From NCBI GenBank assembly GCA_900544425.1, contig UQUX01000001.1, forward strand, positions 1 to 53,149: DNA of 53,149 nt, read 5' to 3'. The first letter of the stretch is position 1. Each line of letters opens with the position of its first letter. Positions 9,640 to 19,052 of this stretch are shown piece by piece. The notes beneath the pieces were generated by a model, which had not been told where the DNA came from, ran no database searches, and saw nothing but the letters and a program-made list of their open reading frames with translations. The position numbers and the translations under genes were made by a program. This DNA is from an uncultured Collinsella sp. (GTDB lineage: Bacteria > Actinomycetota > Coriobacteriia > Coriobacteriales > Coriobacteriaceae).

Positions 9640-11066
9640 TCCTCCTCGGACTCCTCAGCGAGGCGCTGAGCAGCCAGCTCGGGAGTGAGACCCTTGTACT
9701 CGGTCTCGCGGCCCTTAGCACTGACGACGCGGACAACCTCGCCAATAAGCAAGAGCACGATGAAGATGACGATCATCGGGACCTTATCGCCAATCTCATC
9801 GACAGAGAACGGAATCAACGTTGCAACGATAGCCAGAATCAGCTCGATGCAGGGAATAGCCAGCATGACCTTCATCATGGCGCCCTTAAACGGGAACGTA
9901 AAGATACGCTCACGGTTGGGGTCGTTCTTACGAAGGTTGAGGAATGCCGGGAACATCGGGATGTAGGTCAGCAGCAGGAAGACAACGGAGGTACCGAAGA
10001 GCATCCAGAAGACACCGTTGGAGATGGCGTCGATGGGAACCAGCTGCAGGCACAGCACCAGGGAGGCAACGATGGCGTTGACCAGGTTGGCGCCGTTGGG
10101 CATGTCGTCATCCGAGATCATCGAGGCGAAGACCTTGGGCATGTTGCCATGTTCGGCAGCATAGCGAGCAACGGAGTTGACGCCGAAGGACCAGGCAGCC
10201 ATGTTGGCGAACAGCGTAATCAGGAAGGCGATGCAGATGACCTTAAAGATCATGGAATCGCCCACAATAGTCTGGACAGCATAAATCATGCCGTAGTCGG
10301 GATCGATGGAATCGGCCGGCACAGCAGCGCCGATGCCAAAGCCAGCGAAGAGGTAGATCACGGCGATGGACAGGCCGCCGACGATGATAGCCTTGGGGAT
10401 ATCGCGAGCGGGATCGGCCATATCGTCGGTCATGGTGCAGATGACCTCGAAGCCCATGAAGTTAAAGATGATGATCGACAGGTAGCCGAGCGCGTTGGTG
10501 TTGGTGAGCTCGGGCAAGAAGGTGACAGCGGACATATCGTTCGCGAAACCGTTCTCCATGGCGTACCAAATGCCCAAAGCGCCGACGATAACGGCAACGG
10601 CGACCTTGATGATGGCGCCGCCGTTCAGGACCCACTCGGAGTCGGCAGCCTTTGAGCGACCCATAAGATAGACAATCCACACAAAGGCAAGGTCGATACC
10701 AATCTTGGCAATCAGATTGAACTCGACGCCAAAGACCATGCCCAAAATGTCCGGGAACATAGTAGCCAGCGAGGCAATCCACAGCGGGTAGTTAACCCAG
10801 TAGTAGTACGAAATGCGGGCGCCCCACTTGTCGCCCAGGCCATCGCGTACCCAGTCGTAAATGCCACCCTCACCGTCATAGGTAGTGCCGAGCTCGGCAA
10901 CGACCATGCCATAAGGGAGCAGGAAGGTCAGAATCAGGAAGATCCACCAGAAGAACTGCTGGTTACCAATGGCAGCAGCAGGTGCGGCGGCCTCGCAAAC
11001 GAAGACGACGCAGATGATGGTCGAGATGACCGTCAAGAAGGAAAGCTTTTTCTTTCCGTCGCTCAT
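9636..11066 (-). CDS. APC-family amino acid/polyamine permease, probable agmatine:putrescine antiporter (AguD-like)
   Basis: About 12 hydrophobic segments, AELG...EGGIY.W, GFE; co-oriented upstream of aguA. Confidence 0.8.
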   Translation of the reverse strand: MSDGKKKLSFLTVISTIICVVFVCEAAAPAAAIGNQQFFWWIFLILTFLLPYGMVVAELGTTYDGEGGIYDWVRDGLGDKWGARISYYYWVNYPLWIASLATMFPDILGMVFGVEFNLIAKIGIDLAFVWIVYLMGRSKAADSEWVLNGGAIIKVAVAVIVGALGIWYAMENGFANDMSAVTFLPELTNTNALGYLSIIIFNFMGFEVICTMTDDMADPARDIPKAIIVGGLSIAVIYLFAGFGIGAAVPADSIDPDYGMIYAVQTIVGDSMIFKVICIAFLITLFANMAAWSFGVNSVARYAAEHGNMPKVFASMISDDDMPNGANLVNAIVASLVLCLQLVPIDAISNGVFWMLFGTSVVFLLLTYIPMFPAFLNLRKNDPNRERIFTFPFKGAMMKVMLAIPCIELILAIVATLIPFSVDEIGDKVPMIVIFIVLLLIGEVVRVVSAKGRETEYKGLTPELAAQRLAEESEED

Positions 11067-11192
11067 GATGAGCTCCTTCGCTCAGTCTTGGACAAATCGA
11101 GGCCCTTAAGATATTAAGGCAATTGCCGGGCCTCGGTGAGCGGGCGACAGGAGACGAGCATCCGCCGCCCGCAAACGCGCTTCTACGATGAA

Positions 11193-11340
11193 GTTACGCG
11201 GTTTTGCCAAACCGCGTAACGGCTCGACGCTGCAAACGCCCCTAAGCGGCAATCTGACGTTCAATCGTCGGTCGCGTACCCAAAGTACGCTTCCCTCCTC
11301 TTTCACGTCACCTTGCTCGCTTAGGGGCGTTTTCGCTGAC
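11193..11340 (+). repeat. Structured ~148-bp dispersed repeat, family A, copy 2
   Basis: Colinear with 7744-7891, with compensatory stem substitutions. Confidence 0.9.
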
Positions 11341-11376
11341 TTATGCTCAACCTACGATAATTCCAAACTGGGTGAG

Positions 11377-13614
11377 TTATTCGCTGTAGCGGGTGGCTAT
11401 GGCAGCTTGCACCATGCCGGCGCTCATGAGGTAAGTCACCAAGAAGTAGCCGCCGTATGCTGCCAGGAAGATTGCACAGGTGAGGCCCACGGTGCCGGCG
11501 ATGCTCATATCGCCGAATACGCTCACCAGCTCGATGATCACCTTAAGTGCCACAAAGGAGTGCGCCAGGCCCACTGCCAGCGGGAACAGGAAGAATACCG
11601 CTTGCTGCGCCATCACCGAATGGCGGATCTGGCGGTCGTCGCAGCCGATCTGTGCCAGCACACGATAGCTGCGGCTGCCGTCGGCCACGTTGGAGAGTTG
11701 CTGGATCGACAGAATCGCCGCACATGCAACGACCAATACAAAGCCGATGTAGATGGCTAGGTAGCCAATAAGACCGTTCATTTGCGCTGCTTGCGTGTAC
11801 ATCTCGGAGCGTGTGATGAAGATTCCCCACGACCCCGGCTCCTTGCCGTCAACGAGCAGATTGTCGAGCACAGTGTTTTTAATGCTCTCGTCTGCCTCAG
11901 TCGTATCCATCCCCTGTTTGTAGTTAACGAGCAGGCTACTGGAATACGGCTGCAGATTAAGTTGGGACAACAGCTCGTCGGCAACGACGACGGTACCCGG
12001 ATTACTGCCCATCGCCGAGTTGGCGATGGCCGCCGTATCTTCGTCCGACTTATCGGTTGCGGGCTTGAGCGTATGCCCGCCCAAGGTAAGGGTATGGCCG
12101 CCAGCCATATACTTGGTGTACAGGTCGACCAGCTCGCCGCCCATATCACACGTGAGCAGATACTGGTCGTGACCGATGTGCACCGGCTCCTTGCCCATCA
12201 TCTGGCGCAGTTTGTTGTACTGACTTGCCGGCGTCACAGACAGGCCTATCATGTCGGCATTGCTACCCCCGAACGCCTTGGGAAGCTTTTCGCCCATGGT
12301 CTTGCACATCTCACTTGGGGTCACCGAAGGATCCGAGCCGCCAAGCGGGTAACTCAGATACGAATCGATCTGCACATGCTCACCGGCAACATCGGCGATA
12401 TTGACCTTCTTGCCGGTCTCGTCGTTGTTGTCCGCCGACTTGCCTTTAATACCGTCTGCAACGTTATCGGGGTCGACACGATCGCCGTGCCATGCGGAGT
12501 ACAAATCGACCGTACTATCGGCCAGCACCATGCGATCGGCCTCAGACGGATTGACATACTCTTTGTAGTAGTCGAGCGTATCGGACGCGTAATAGATATA
12601 CGTCTGCGACATGTCGGCCGGATTATAGCGCTCCAGGTTTTCGTTCATCACGTTGGCGATCGACATACCGCACGTCACCGAGGTAATGGCGAGGAACAGG
12701 ATCATCGCGATGACGCCCATCGAAAAGCACACCGTATTGACCTTGGCCGAAAGCTGACGCACGGTAAACATATTGAGGCCACGCCAATACACGCTGCGCA
12801 GGCTCTGCAGCAGCTTGATGAGCATGCCCGAGAGCCCCCAGAACAGGGCAAAGGTGCCCACGGTAACCATAGCGGTCGTAATACCAAACTGGTTCATGGC
12901 CTCTTGCAGCTTGCTGTCCGTCGCGGTTAGCGGGAACCCATCACGTAACAGACGGTAATAGGCCACGCCCACAAGCGCCACGCCCACGACAAAGATGGCA
13001 ATCGCAATCCAGGGGTTGCGTGTCTTGATGCTCTCGTTGCGACGCTCGGCACCCATAAGCTCGATGAGTTTGGTACGACGCACGGCGCGAAGGTTCAGCA
13101 GTAGCGTGAGCACAAACATTACGAGCATGCAAGCAAGGGTCAGGTTGAACGCATGCACCGAGAAAAAGAAGTGGAAATTGGCGATCTGTGTCTTAAAGAG
13201 CGAGGCCGTAAAGAACGTCATGAGCTGGGAGAGTCCCACACCCAGCACAATGCCGGCGACAAAGGCCACGACCGAAACGATCACCGTCTCGAGCGCCATA
13301 ATCGTGGCGACGCGCCCGCGCCCCATGCCGAGCACCTGGTACAGGCCAAACTCCTTCTTGCGGCGTTTCATGATGAAGTTATTGGCATACACCATCAAAA
13401 AGGCCATGACACCGGCCAAAAAGTACGTTAGGTCGCCGAGTATGCTGCCCATAACCTGCGCCAAGCCCTCTTCATCGATGCCGGCGATGTCGACCTGCAT
13501 CGAGATGGTGTTAAAGGCATAGAAGACCGTGACGCCCAGGGTAAGCGTCAGCAAGTAGACGAGGTAGTCGCGGCCGGCGCGGCGGACGTTGCCCCAAGCG
13601 AGTTTACAGAGCAT
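11377..13614 (-). CDS. BceB-like (FtsX-domain) ABC permease
   Basis: Probable start MLCKLAW at 13614; RRKKEFGLYQVLGM motif, about 10 TM segments with a large extracellular domain. Confidence 0.87.
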   Translation of the reverse strand: MLCKLAWGNVRRAGRDYLVYLLTLTLGVTVFYAFNTISMQVDIAGIDEEGLAQVMGSILGDLTYFLAGVMAFLMVYANNFIMKRRKKEFGLYQVLGMGRGRVATIMALETVIVSVVAFVAGIVLGVGLSQLMTFFTASLFKTQIANFHFFFSVHAFNLTLACMLVMFVLTLLLNLRAVRRTKLIELMGAERRNESIKTRNPWIAIAIFVVGVALVGVAYYRLLRDGFPLTATDSKLQEAMNQFGITTAMVTVGTFALFWGLSGMLIKLLQSLRSVYWRGLNMFTVRQLSAKVNTVCFSMGVIAMILFLAITSVTCGMSIANVMNENLERYNPADMSQTYIYYASDTLDYYKEYVNPSEADRMVLADSTVDLYSAWHGDRVDPDNVADGIKGKSADNNDETGKKVNIADVAGEHVQIDSYLSYPLGGSDPSVTPSEMCKTMGEKLPKAFGGSNADMIGLSVTPASQYNKLRQMMGKEPVHIGHDQYLLTCDMGGELVDLYTKYMAGGHTLTLGGHTLKPATDKSDEDTAAIANSAMGSNPGTVVVADELLSQLNLQPYSSSLLVNYKQGMDTTEADESIKNTVLDNLLVDGKEPGSWGIFITRSEMYTQAAQMNGLIGYLAIYIGFVLVVACAAILSIQQLSNVADGSRSYRVLAQIGCDDRQIRHSVMAQQAVFFLFPLAVGLAHSFVALKVIIELVSVFGDMSIAGTVGLTCAIFLAAYGGYFLVTYLMSAGMVQAAIATRYSE

Positions 13615-14389
13615 CGGAGCCCTCACCGCCCATCATGGCAACGACCTCCATAATGCGGTCGAAGAACTCTCGGCGGTCGATGTCGCCGCGGCGCAGCTCG
13701 GTGAAGATCTTGCCGTCGCGAATAAACAGCACACGGCTCGTGTAGCTGGCGGCAAAGCTGTCGTGCGTGACCATGAGCACGGTGGCGCGTAGGCGGCGGT
13801 TAAGGGCCTCTAGGCTCTCGAGCAACAGGCGGGCGCTTTTGGAGTCGAGGGCGCCGGTAGGCTCGTCGGCCATGATCATGGTGGGGTCGGTGACGAGCGC
13901 GCGAGCCGCGGCAACGCGCTGCTGCTGACCGCCGGACATCTGGTAGGGATACTTGTCGAGCACCTGGCTGATGGACAGGCGCGCTGCCACATCCTGCACG
14001 CGAGTCGAGATCTCTGCCGAGTTTGTGCGGGCGATGGTGAGCGGCAGAGCGATGTTCTCGCGTGCCGTGAGCGTATCGAGCAGGTTGGAGTCCTGGAAGA
14101 TAAAGCCGAGCTCCTCGCGGCGGAACTGCGAGAGTTTGGCCTGCTTCATGCGCGTCACGTCCTGGCCGTTAATGCGGATCGTGCCGCTCGTGGCGCTATC
14201 GATGGTCGACACGCAGTTGAGCAACGTCGACTTGCCCGAGCCCGAAGCGCCCATGATGCCAACAAATTCACCGCGGTTGACGGTAAAGCTGACGTCGTTG
14301 AGCGCGCGGGTCACGTTGCCCAGCGCTCCGTATACCTTTTCGAGATGCGCGACCTCCAGTACCGGGGTCGCCATGTGCGTGGTTTGCAT
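13604..14389 (-). CDS. BceA-like ABC ATP-binding protein
   Basis: GASGSGKS, MSGGQQQR, ADEPTGALDS, VTHD. Confidence 0.92.
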   Translation of the reverse strand: MQTTHMATPVLEVAHLEKVYGALGNVTRALNDVSFTVNRGEFVGIMGASGSGKSTLLNCVSTIDSATSGTIRINGQDVTRMKQAKLSQFRREELGFIFQDSNLLDTLTARENIALPLTIARTNSAEISTRVQDVAARLSISQVLDKYPYQMSGGQQQRVAAARALVTDPTMIMADEPTGALDSKSARLLLESLEALNRRLRATVLMVTHDSFAASYTSRVLFIRDGKIFTELRRGDIDRREFFDRIMEVVAMMGGEGSDAL

Positions 14390-14462
14390 ACCGAGTCCTT
14401 TCTTGCAATTAGTCTACGGCATCTATAGTCGCAAGAAGACGAGTCGGCTACCATCGATATGG

Positions 14463-14489
14463 CTTACGCTTGCCTTACCGTTGTGTAAG
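14463..14489. promoter_or_regulatory. BceR/GraR-type response-regulator box upstream of the ABC operon
   Basis: CTTACC-GTTG-TGTAAG (14474-14489) plus another CTTAC 11 bp upstream; resembles the TNACA-N4-TGTAA site of Bce-like modules. Confidence 0.55.
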
Positions 14490-14537
14490 GTACGCGTAGC
14501 TACCCTGCCGCGTGTTGATGTTGAGAGAGGACTCCTG

Positions 14538-15527
14538 TTGAAGACTGTTCATGTTGCCGCTGGGATCATTCGCAAGGAAGGATCTGACGAGCTGCTTGCC
14601 GTGCAGCGCGGCTACGGCGACATGCAGGGACTTTGGGAGTTCCCCGGTGGCAAGCTCATGCGCGGCGAGACGCCCGAGGACGCCGTACGCCGCGAGCTCA
14701 TGGAAGAGCTGCAGGTCAAAGTCACCAACCTGCGCGATTTCTATACCGTTGAGTATGACTACCCCGATTTTCATCTCTCCATGGAGTGTTACTACTGCTC
14801 GCTCGCCGATGAATCCGATGAGCCTCAGAAGCACGATCGCCAGCTCGATATCCGCTGGATTCCACGCACCTCACTTGCCACCGTTGAGTGGATGCCCGCC
14901 GACAAGGGGCTTATCGATGCGCTGATTGAGCTGAAGGAAGACCGGCTTGAGGCCAACGGCACTGCCAACGACGCCGAGGCCACCGCGACCGAGGAGCCCG
15001 CCACCAAACCCAAGCGCGCACCTAGGCGCCGTAGCAAAAAACGCCCCAAGCCTGGCCTGCTGGACGGCATCGACACCTCGGACCTTTCCGCCGACGAGCG
15101 TGAACTCGTGCGCCGTCGCGCCGCCATCAAAAAGTCCATGAAGGGCAACAAGCGTGCGAACACCAAGCCCGAGCTGCTCGTTCGCCAGCGCCTGCGGGCA
15201 GCGGGCCTTACGGGTTATCGCTTGGAATGGAAGGTTCCCGGCAAGCCCGACATCGCCTTTCCCGGGCGCAAGATCGCCATCTTCGTCAACGGCTGCTTTT
15301 GGCACCGCTGCCCCAAGTGCAACCCTAGCCAGCCCAAGCGCAACGTTGAGTTTTGGGAGGCAAAGTTCCGTCGCAACGTCGAGCGCGACCGAGCAGCCAT
15401 CAACGCACTCACCCAAATGGGCTGGACACCCATAACCATCTGGGAATGCGAGCTCAAAAAAGACCGCATCGCCGGCACGATGGAAAAGGTCATCGAACAA
15501 GTACGCGCCGCCGCACCGCAGCGCTAG
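14538..15527 (+). CDS. Fusion of a MutT-like Nudix hydrolase and a Vsr very-short-patch-repair endonuclease
   Basis: TTG start 7 nt after GAGAGG; Nudix box GGKLMRGETPEDAVRRELMEEL; C-terminal TKPE...GKPDI...FVNGCFWH...FWEAKF..NVERD...GW...IWECE. Confidence 0.88.
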   Translation: MKTVHVAAGIIRKEGSDELLAVQRGYGDMQGLWEFPGGKLMRGETPEDAVRRELMEELQVKVTNLRDFYTVEYDYPDFHLSMECYYCSLADESDEPQKHDRQLDIRWIPRTSLATVEWMPADKGLIDALIELKEDRLEANGTANDAEATATEEPATKPKRAPRRRSKKRPKPGLLDGIDTSDLSADERELVRRRAAIKKSMKGNKRANTKPELLVRQRLRAAGLTGYRLEWKVPGKPDIAFPGRKIAIFVNGCFWHRCPKCNPSQPKRNVEFWEAKFRRNVERDRAAINALTQMGWTPITIWECELKKDRIAGTMEKVIEQVRAAAPQR

Positions 15528-16016
15528 GAACGAGCCGTCCACACGCCCCACACAGGCGAGCCACATCCGCGCCACAAACCTTAGAAAGCCCTTAAGCTCA
15601 AAACCTTTCAAGAGTGTTACTCAATAGCCTTGACCTGCGGTTTCATCGTAACACCAAACCAGGTTAAGCCTTTCTTTAGCGCTTCTTTGAACGGTCCGCT
15701 GCATAATACTGCCAACGCACGGGACCTAGCAGCATACCCCGAGCGCAATCTATTGGTGGACATCGAGGAGGCCGCATAAGCATGCATTCTTCCAATGACG
15801 CAGCACAGCAGCCATCCCTAAAACATGCAAACCTTTTCTCCTTCCCCCCGACACAGAGAGACAGCCTCCTCGACTCCCCCACCACAAAAGCCAAACGCTC
15901 AACCGACCAGAGCCACAACTTGCGAGCATCGTTCGAAAAGCTCCAAGCATCCCTAGACAAGGCGTTCCCCGAACAGGCAAGAGCAATCTAAGCCCATCGC
16001 GCTTTATACTGATGCC

Positions 16017-16955
16017 ATGCGAAACATGGATCACATAGAATTGCACCGCGGAGGACGCGAGGAAGCGTTTCCCGAGACCGCCGAAGACTGGCCCTATATT
16101 GCCGAACGCGCAGAATTCGCTCGCTATCCGGGCAATTCCGTCCCCTGGCACTGGCATTCCGAAGTTGAGCTTTTCTACATGGAGCAGGGAGCGATTGACT
16201 ATCGAACGCGCGCGTCTCATGAGCACGTACGCTTTGAGGAAGGGTCCGCCGGCTTTATCAACGGCGGCGTTTTGCACAGCACGCTGCAATCACCCAATTC
16301 GGCGCCAGCCATTCAAATGCTGCATATCTTTCAGCCGTCGATGCTCGGCGATCCCGCGGGACGTCTCCAAAAGCGCTACATCAATCCTTTGCTGCAATGT
16401 CGAGGCGTCGATGTGCTCAAATGGTCGCCCACCAACCCCGACGATATGCCCTTTATCGATTTGCTAAAGAGCTCCTTTAACCACGACCTTCAACGGCCGC
16501 AGAACGAGATGGCGCTTCGGAATAGCTTGTCAGAGCTCTGGATTCAGATTTACGCCAAGGCCGAACCGCTCTTTTCCTCCGACAACGCCTCTTGGATGAC
16601 CAACCGCGACGTACAGTTCAAGGCAATCCTGGACTATATCCGCGCAAACTATGCAGCCGCTATAGATGTGCCCCAGATGGCATCTGCAGCCGGCGTAAGC
16701 GAAAGAGAGTGTTACCGCATTATCGAAGCTTGCGCAGGAACGACCCCGGCGGCATATCTGCGCGCATACCGCGTAAACCGTGCTTGCGAACTTTTGGCAC
16801 ACACCACGCGAACGGTCCAGACAGTCGCGCGCCAATGCGGCTTTGCGACAGCAAGCCATCTTGGCCAGGTATTTAAAGAACAAATGGGATGCACTCCTTC
16901 GAGCTATCGAGCAGCGAGGCAGAATCTCGATAGCACCAGGCAGAAATCCCGCTAG
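16017..16955 (+). CDS. AraC-family regulator with cupin sensor domain
   Basis: PWHWHSEVEL cupin; C-terminal double HTH (A.ELL..T...VA..CGF...SH....FK..MG.TP..YR). Confidence 0.9.
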   Translation: MRNMDHIELHRGGREEAFPETAEDWPYIAERAEFARYPGNSVPWHWHSEVELFYMEQGAIDYRTRASHEHVRFEEGSAGFINGGVLHSTLQSPNSAPAIQMLHIFQPSMLGDPAGRLQKRYINPLLQCRGVDVLKWSPTNPDDMPFIDLLKSSFNHDLQRPQNEMALRNSLSELWIQIYAKAEPLFSSDNASWMTNRDVQFKAILDYIRANYAAAIDVPQMASAAGVSERECYRIIEACAGTTPAAYLRAYRVNRACELLAHTTRTVQTVARQCGFATASHLGQVFKEQMGCTPSSYRAARQNLDSTRQKSR

Positions 16956-17011
16956 CCCTTCTTCTGTCACTGCATCAAACTTGCAGGCAAACAACAGAGA
17001 GGAGCTACTAT

Positions 17012-17635
17012 ATGAAGTACTTTGACTATATCGTGTTTGACGTTGATGGGACATTGGCAGATACAGAAGAAAGCGTGCTGTCATCGCTTGGCCAGATTAT
17101 CCAAGAAGAAACCGGCAAAACGCTCCCCCGACACGAGCTTGAATTTGCCCTCGGCATACCCGGCAAGAACGCCCTTGAGAAACTTGGAATCTACTCGCAG
17201 GCAACGTTGGATCGCTGGTGCCAAGTTGCCGCCAGCTTTAAAAGCACCATCAGCGTGTTTCCAGGTTTGCTTGAAGTCATCGCAACACTCGCCGATAGCG
17301 GCTGCAAACTTGGCATCGTCTCCTCACGTGCGCGCGACGAATACGCAGAAGAAATTGCACCCCTTGGCTTCGATAAGTATTTTGAGCACATCATCCTTGT
17401 CGAAGACACAACCGAACATAAACCCGCACCCGCTCCCATGCTCGAATATCTCCGGCGTACGGGCGCGAATCCTGGCAACGTCGTCTACGTTGGCGACACC
17501 GTCTACGACGAACAATGCGCAACTTCGGCAGGGGTCAGTTTTGCCCGAGCAGCATGGGGATCACACCAAGACATCCCAAACGCCACCTACAACCTCAAAA
17601 CCCCCAACGACCTGCTAACCCTAACAACCAAATAA
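17012..17635 (+). CDS. HAD-superfamily phosphatase
   Basis: FDVDGTL, VSS, KPAP, VGDT..D; RBS GAGGAG. Confidence 0.9.
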   Translation: MKYFDYIVFDVDGTLADTEESVLSSLGQIIQEETGKTLPRHELEFALGIPGKNALEKLGIYSQATLDRWCQVAASFKSTISVFPGLLEVIATLADSGCKLGIVSSRARDEYAEEIAPLGFDKYFEHIILVEDTTEHKPAPAPMLEYLRRTGANPGNVVYVGDTVYDEQCATSAGVSFARAAWGSHQDIPNATYNLKTPNDLLTLTTK

Positions 17636-17684
17636 CCCACGCGTCCCACCCTTTCAGCCCCAACGCCACAAGGGCGATTGAGCA

Positions 17685-17835
17685 GGACGGTTTGGGCGGG
17701 TCCCGTACTTAGTTTCCAAAATCATTCCGCAGCGCGAAGGCCCCCGTTGTCAACGCTTCGAAGAAGCGAGACAACGGGGGCCTTCATGCGCGAGGACGTT
17801 TTGGAAACTAAGTACGGGACCCGCCCAAACCGTCC
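17685..17835. repeat. 151-bp nested palindrome with perfect 37-bp terminal inverted repeats (REPIN/MITE-like)
   Basis: GGACGGTTTGGGCGGGTCCCGTACTTAGTTTCCAAAA (17685-17721) is the exact reverse complement of 17799-17835; inner 16-bp stem GAAGGCCCCCGTTGTC/GACAACGGGGGCCTTC. Confidence 0.9.
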
Positions 17836-17859
17836 GGTGGGATCAGAGTACCCTTGCTG

Positions 17860-18717
17860 TTACTCTGCTTTGCCCACAGAGTTGAGGTTGGTCATGCGGA
17901 TCTTAACCAGCTCGGTGATCTCACGCATGCCCTCCTTGGCCGGCTTCTTGGGATCGAAGCAGGCGGGGTTCTCGGCCATGTAGGCCATGAAGCCCTTGGT
18001 GTAGGCCTGACGCAGCTCGGTGGCGTAGTTAACCTTGCAGATGCCGTTCTTCACAGCCTCGGCAACCTGCTCATCGGGCACACCAGAGGTGCCGTGCAGA
18101 ACCAGCGGCACGTCGACGGCGTCGCGGATGGCCTTGACCACGGACTGCTCGATGTGCGGATCGCTCGTGTACACACCGTGGCTGGTGCCAACGCCAATTG
18201 CGAGGGAGGTGCAGCCGGTACGCTCGACGAACTCCTTGGCCTCGGCCGGATCGGTGTAGGGGCTCTCGCCCTCAACCGCGGGACCGTCGTCCTCCTTGCC
18301 GCCAACCTTACCGAGCTCAGCCTCGACGGGCACGCCCATGGCGCGGCCAGCGTCGGCGACGGACTTGGTCAGGGCGATGTTGTCCTCGAAGGACTCGTGC
18401 GAACCGTCGATCATGACAGAGGTGTAGCCCGTGCGGAAAGCCTGCATGCAGCGGTCATAGCCATCGCCGTGATCGAGGTGCAGAGCGACGGGCACGGAAG
18501 CGCGCTCGGCGGCAGCCTTGACCATGCCGTAGAAGTAGTCCAGACCAGCGGTCTTGATGGTGCCCGGGGTGGTCTGCATGATGACGGGGGACTTGGTCTC
18601 CTCGGCAGCGGCCAGAACGGCCATAACAAACTCGAGGTTCTCGACGTTGAACGCGCCAACGGCGTAATGACCGGCCTGAGCGTCCTTGAGCATCTTTTCG
18701 GTGGTAACAAGTGCCAT
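17860..18717 (-). CDS. Class II fructose/tagatose-1,6-bisphosphate aldolase
   Basis: Start ATG 18717 (RBS GAGGAG); AVGAFN, VALHLDHG, SVMIDGS, VEAELG, GTSHG, PLVLHG.SG, KVN. Confidence 0.9.
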   Translation of the reverse strand: MALVTTEKMLKDAQAGHYAVGAFNVENLEFVMAVLAAAEETKSPVIMQTTPGTIKTAGLDYFYGMVKAAAERASVPVALHLDHGDGYDRCMQAFRTGYTSVMIDGSHESFEDNIALTKSVADAGRAMGVPVEAELGKVGGKEDDGPAVEGESPYTDPAEAKEFVERTGCTSLAIGVGTSHGVYTSDPHIEQSVVKAIRDAVDVPLVLHGTSGVPDEQVAEAVKNGICKVNYATELRQAYTKGFMAYMAENPACFDPKKPAKEGMREITELVKIRMTNLNSVGKAE

Positions 18718-19052
18718 GAGCGTTTGCTCCTCTCCCTCGCCCGCATCTGGACATCGGGCGTAGTTGTTCACAAGGCGTTTTACCTTGCGTTTTGCTGCGA
18801 CCATTGTATGAAAATTGACGGCGTCACACGTATGAGATATCACCGGCACACAGGTCAAGACACTCGTTTTTGAAAAGCAAACGGAAGGGATTCGCGCCGG
18901 ATCCCTCTATACGACATTGCAGTTTTCAAGCGAATTATCTTTCTTTTATAGAAAAGATAAGTAATCGAAAGGCGTTTTCTTACTCAAAAAGAAAATGAAC
19001 GAAAATGGACTCATCACAATTCCTGCAAATTTCAGTTGAGAATGGAGCAGCT

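Noticed and set aside
13953..14537. N-terminal ~195 aa of the 524-aa ORF as an extra domain of Nudix-Vsr
   Set aside because: Overlaps the BceA-like gene antisense and its promoter; the likely start is TTG 14538 with an RBS.
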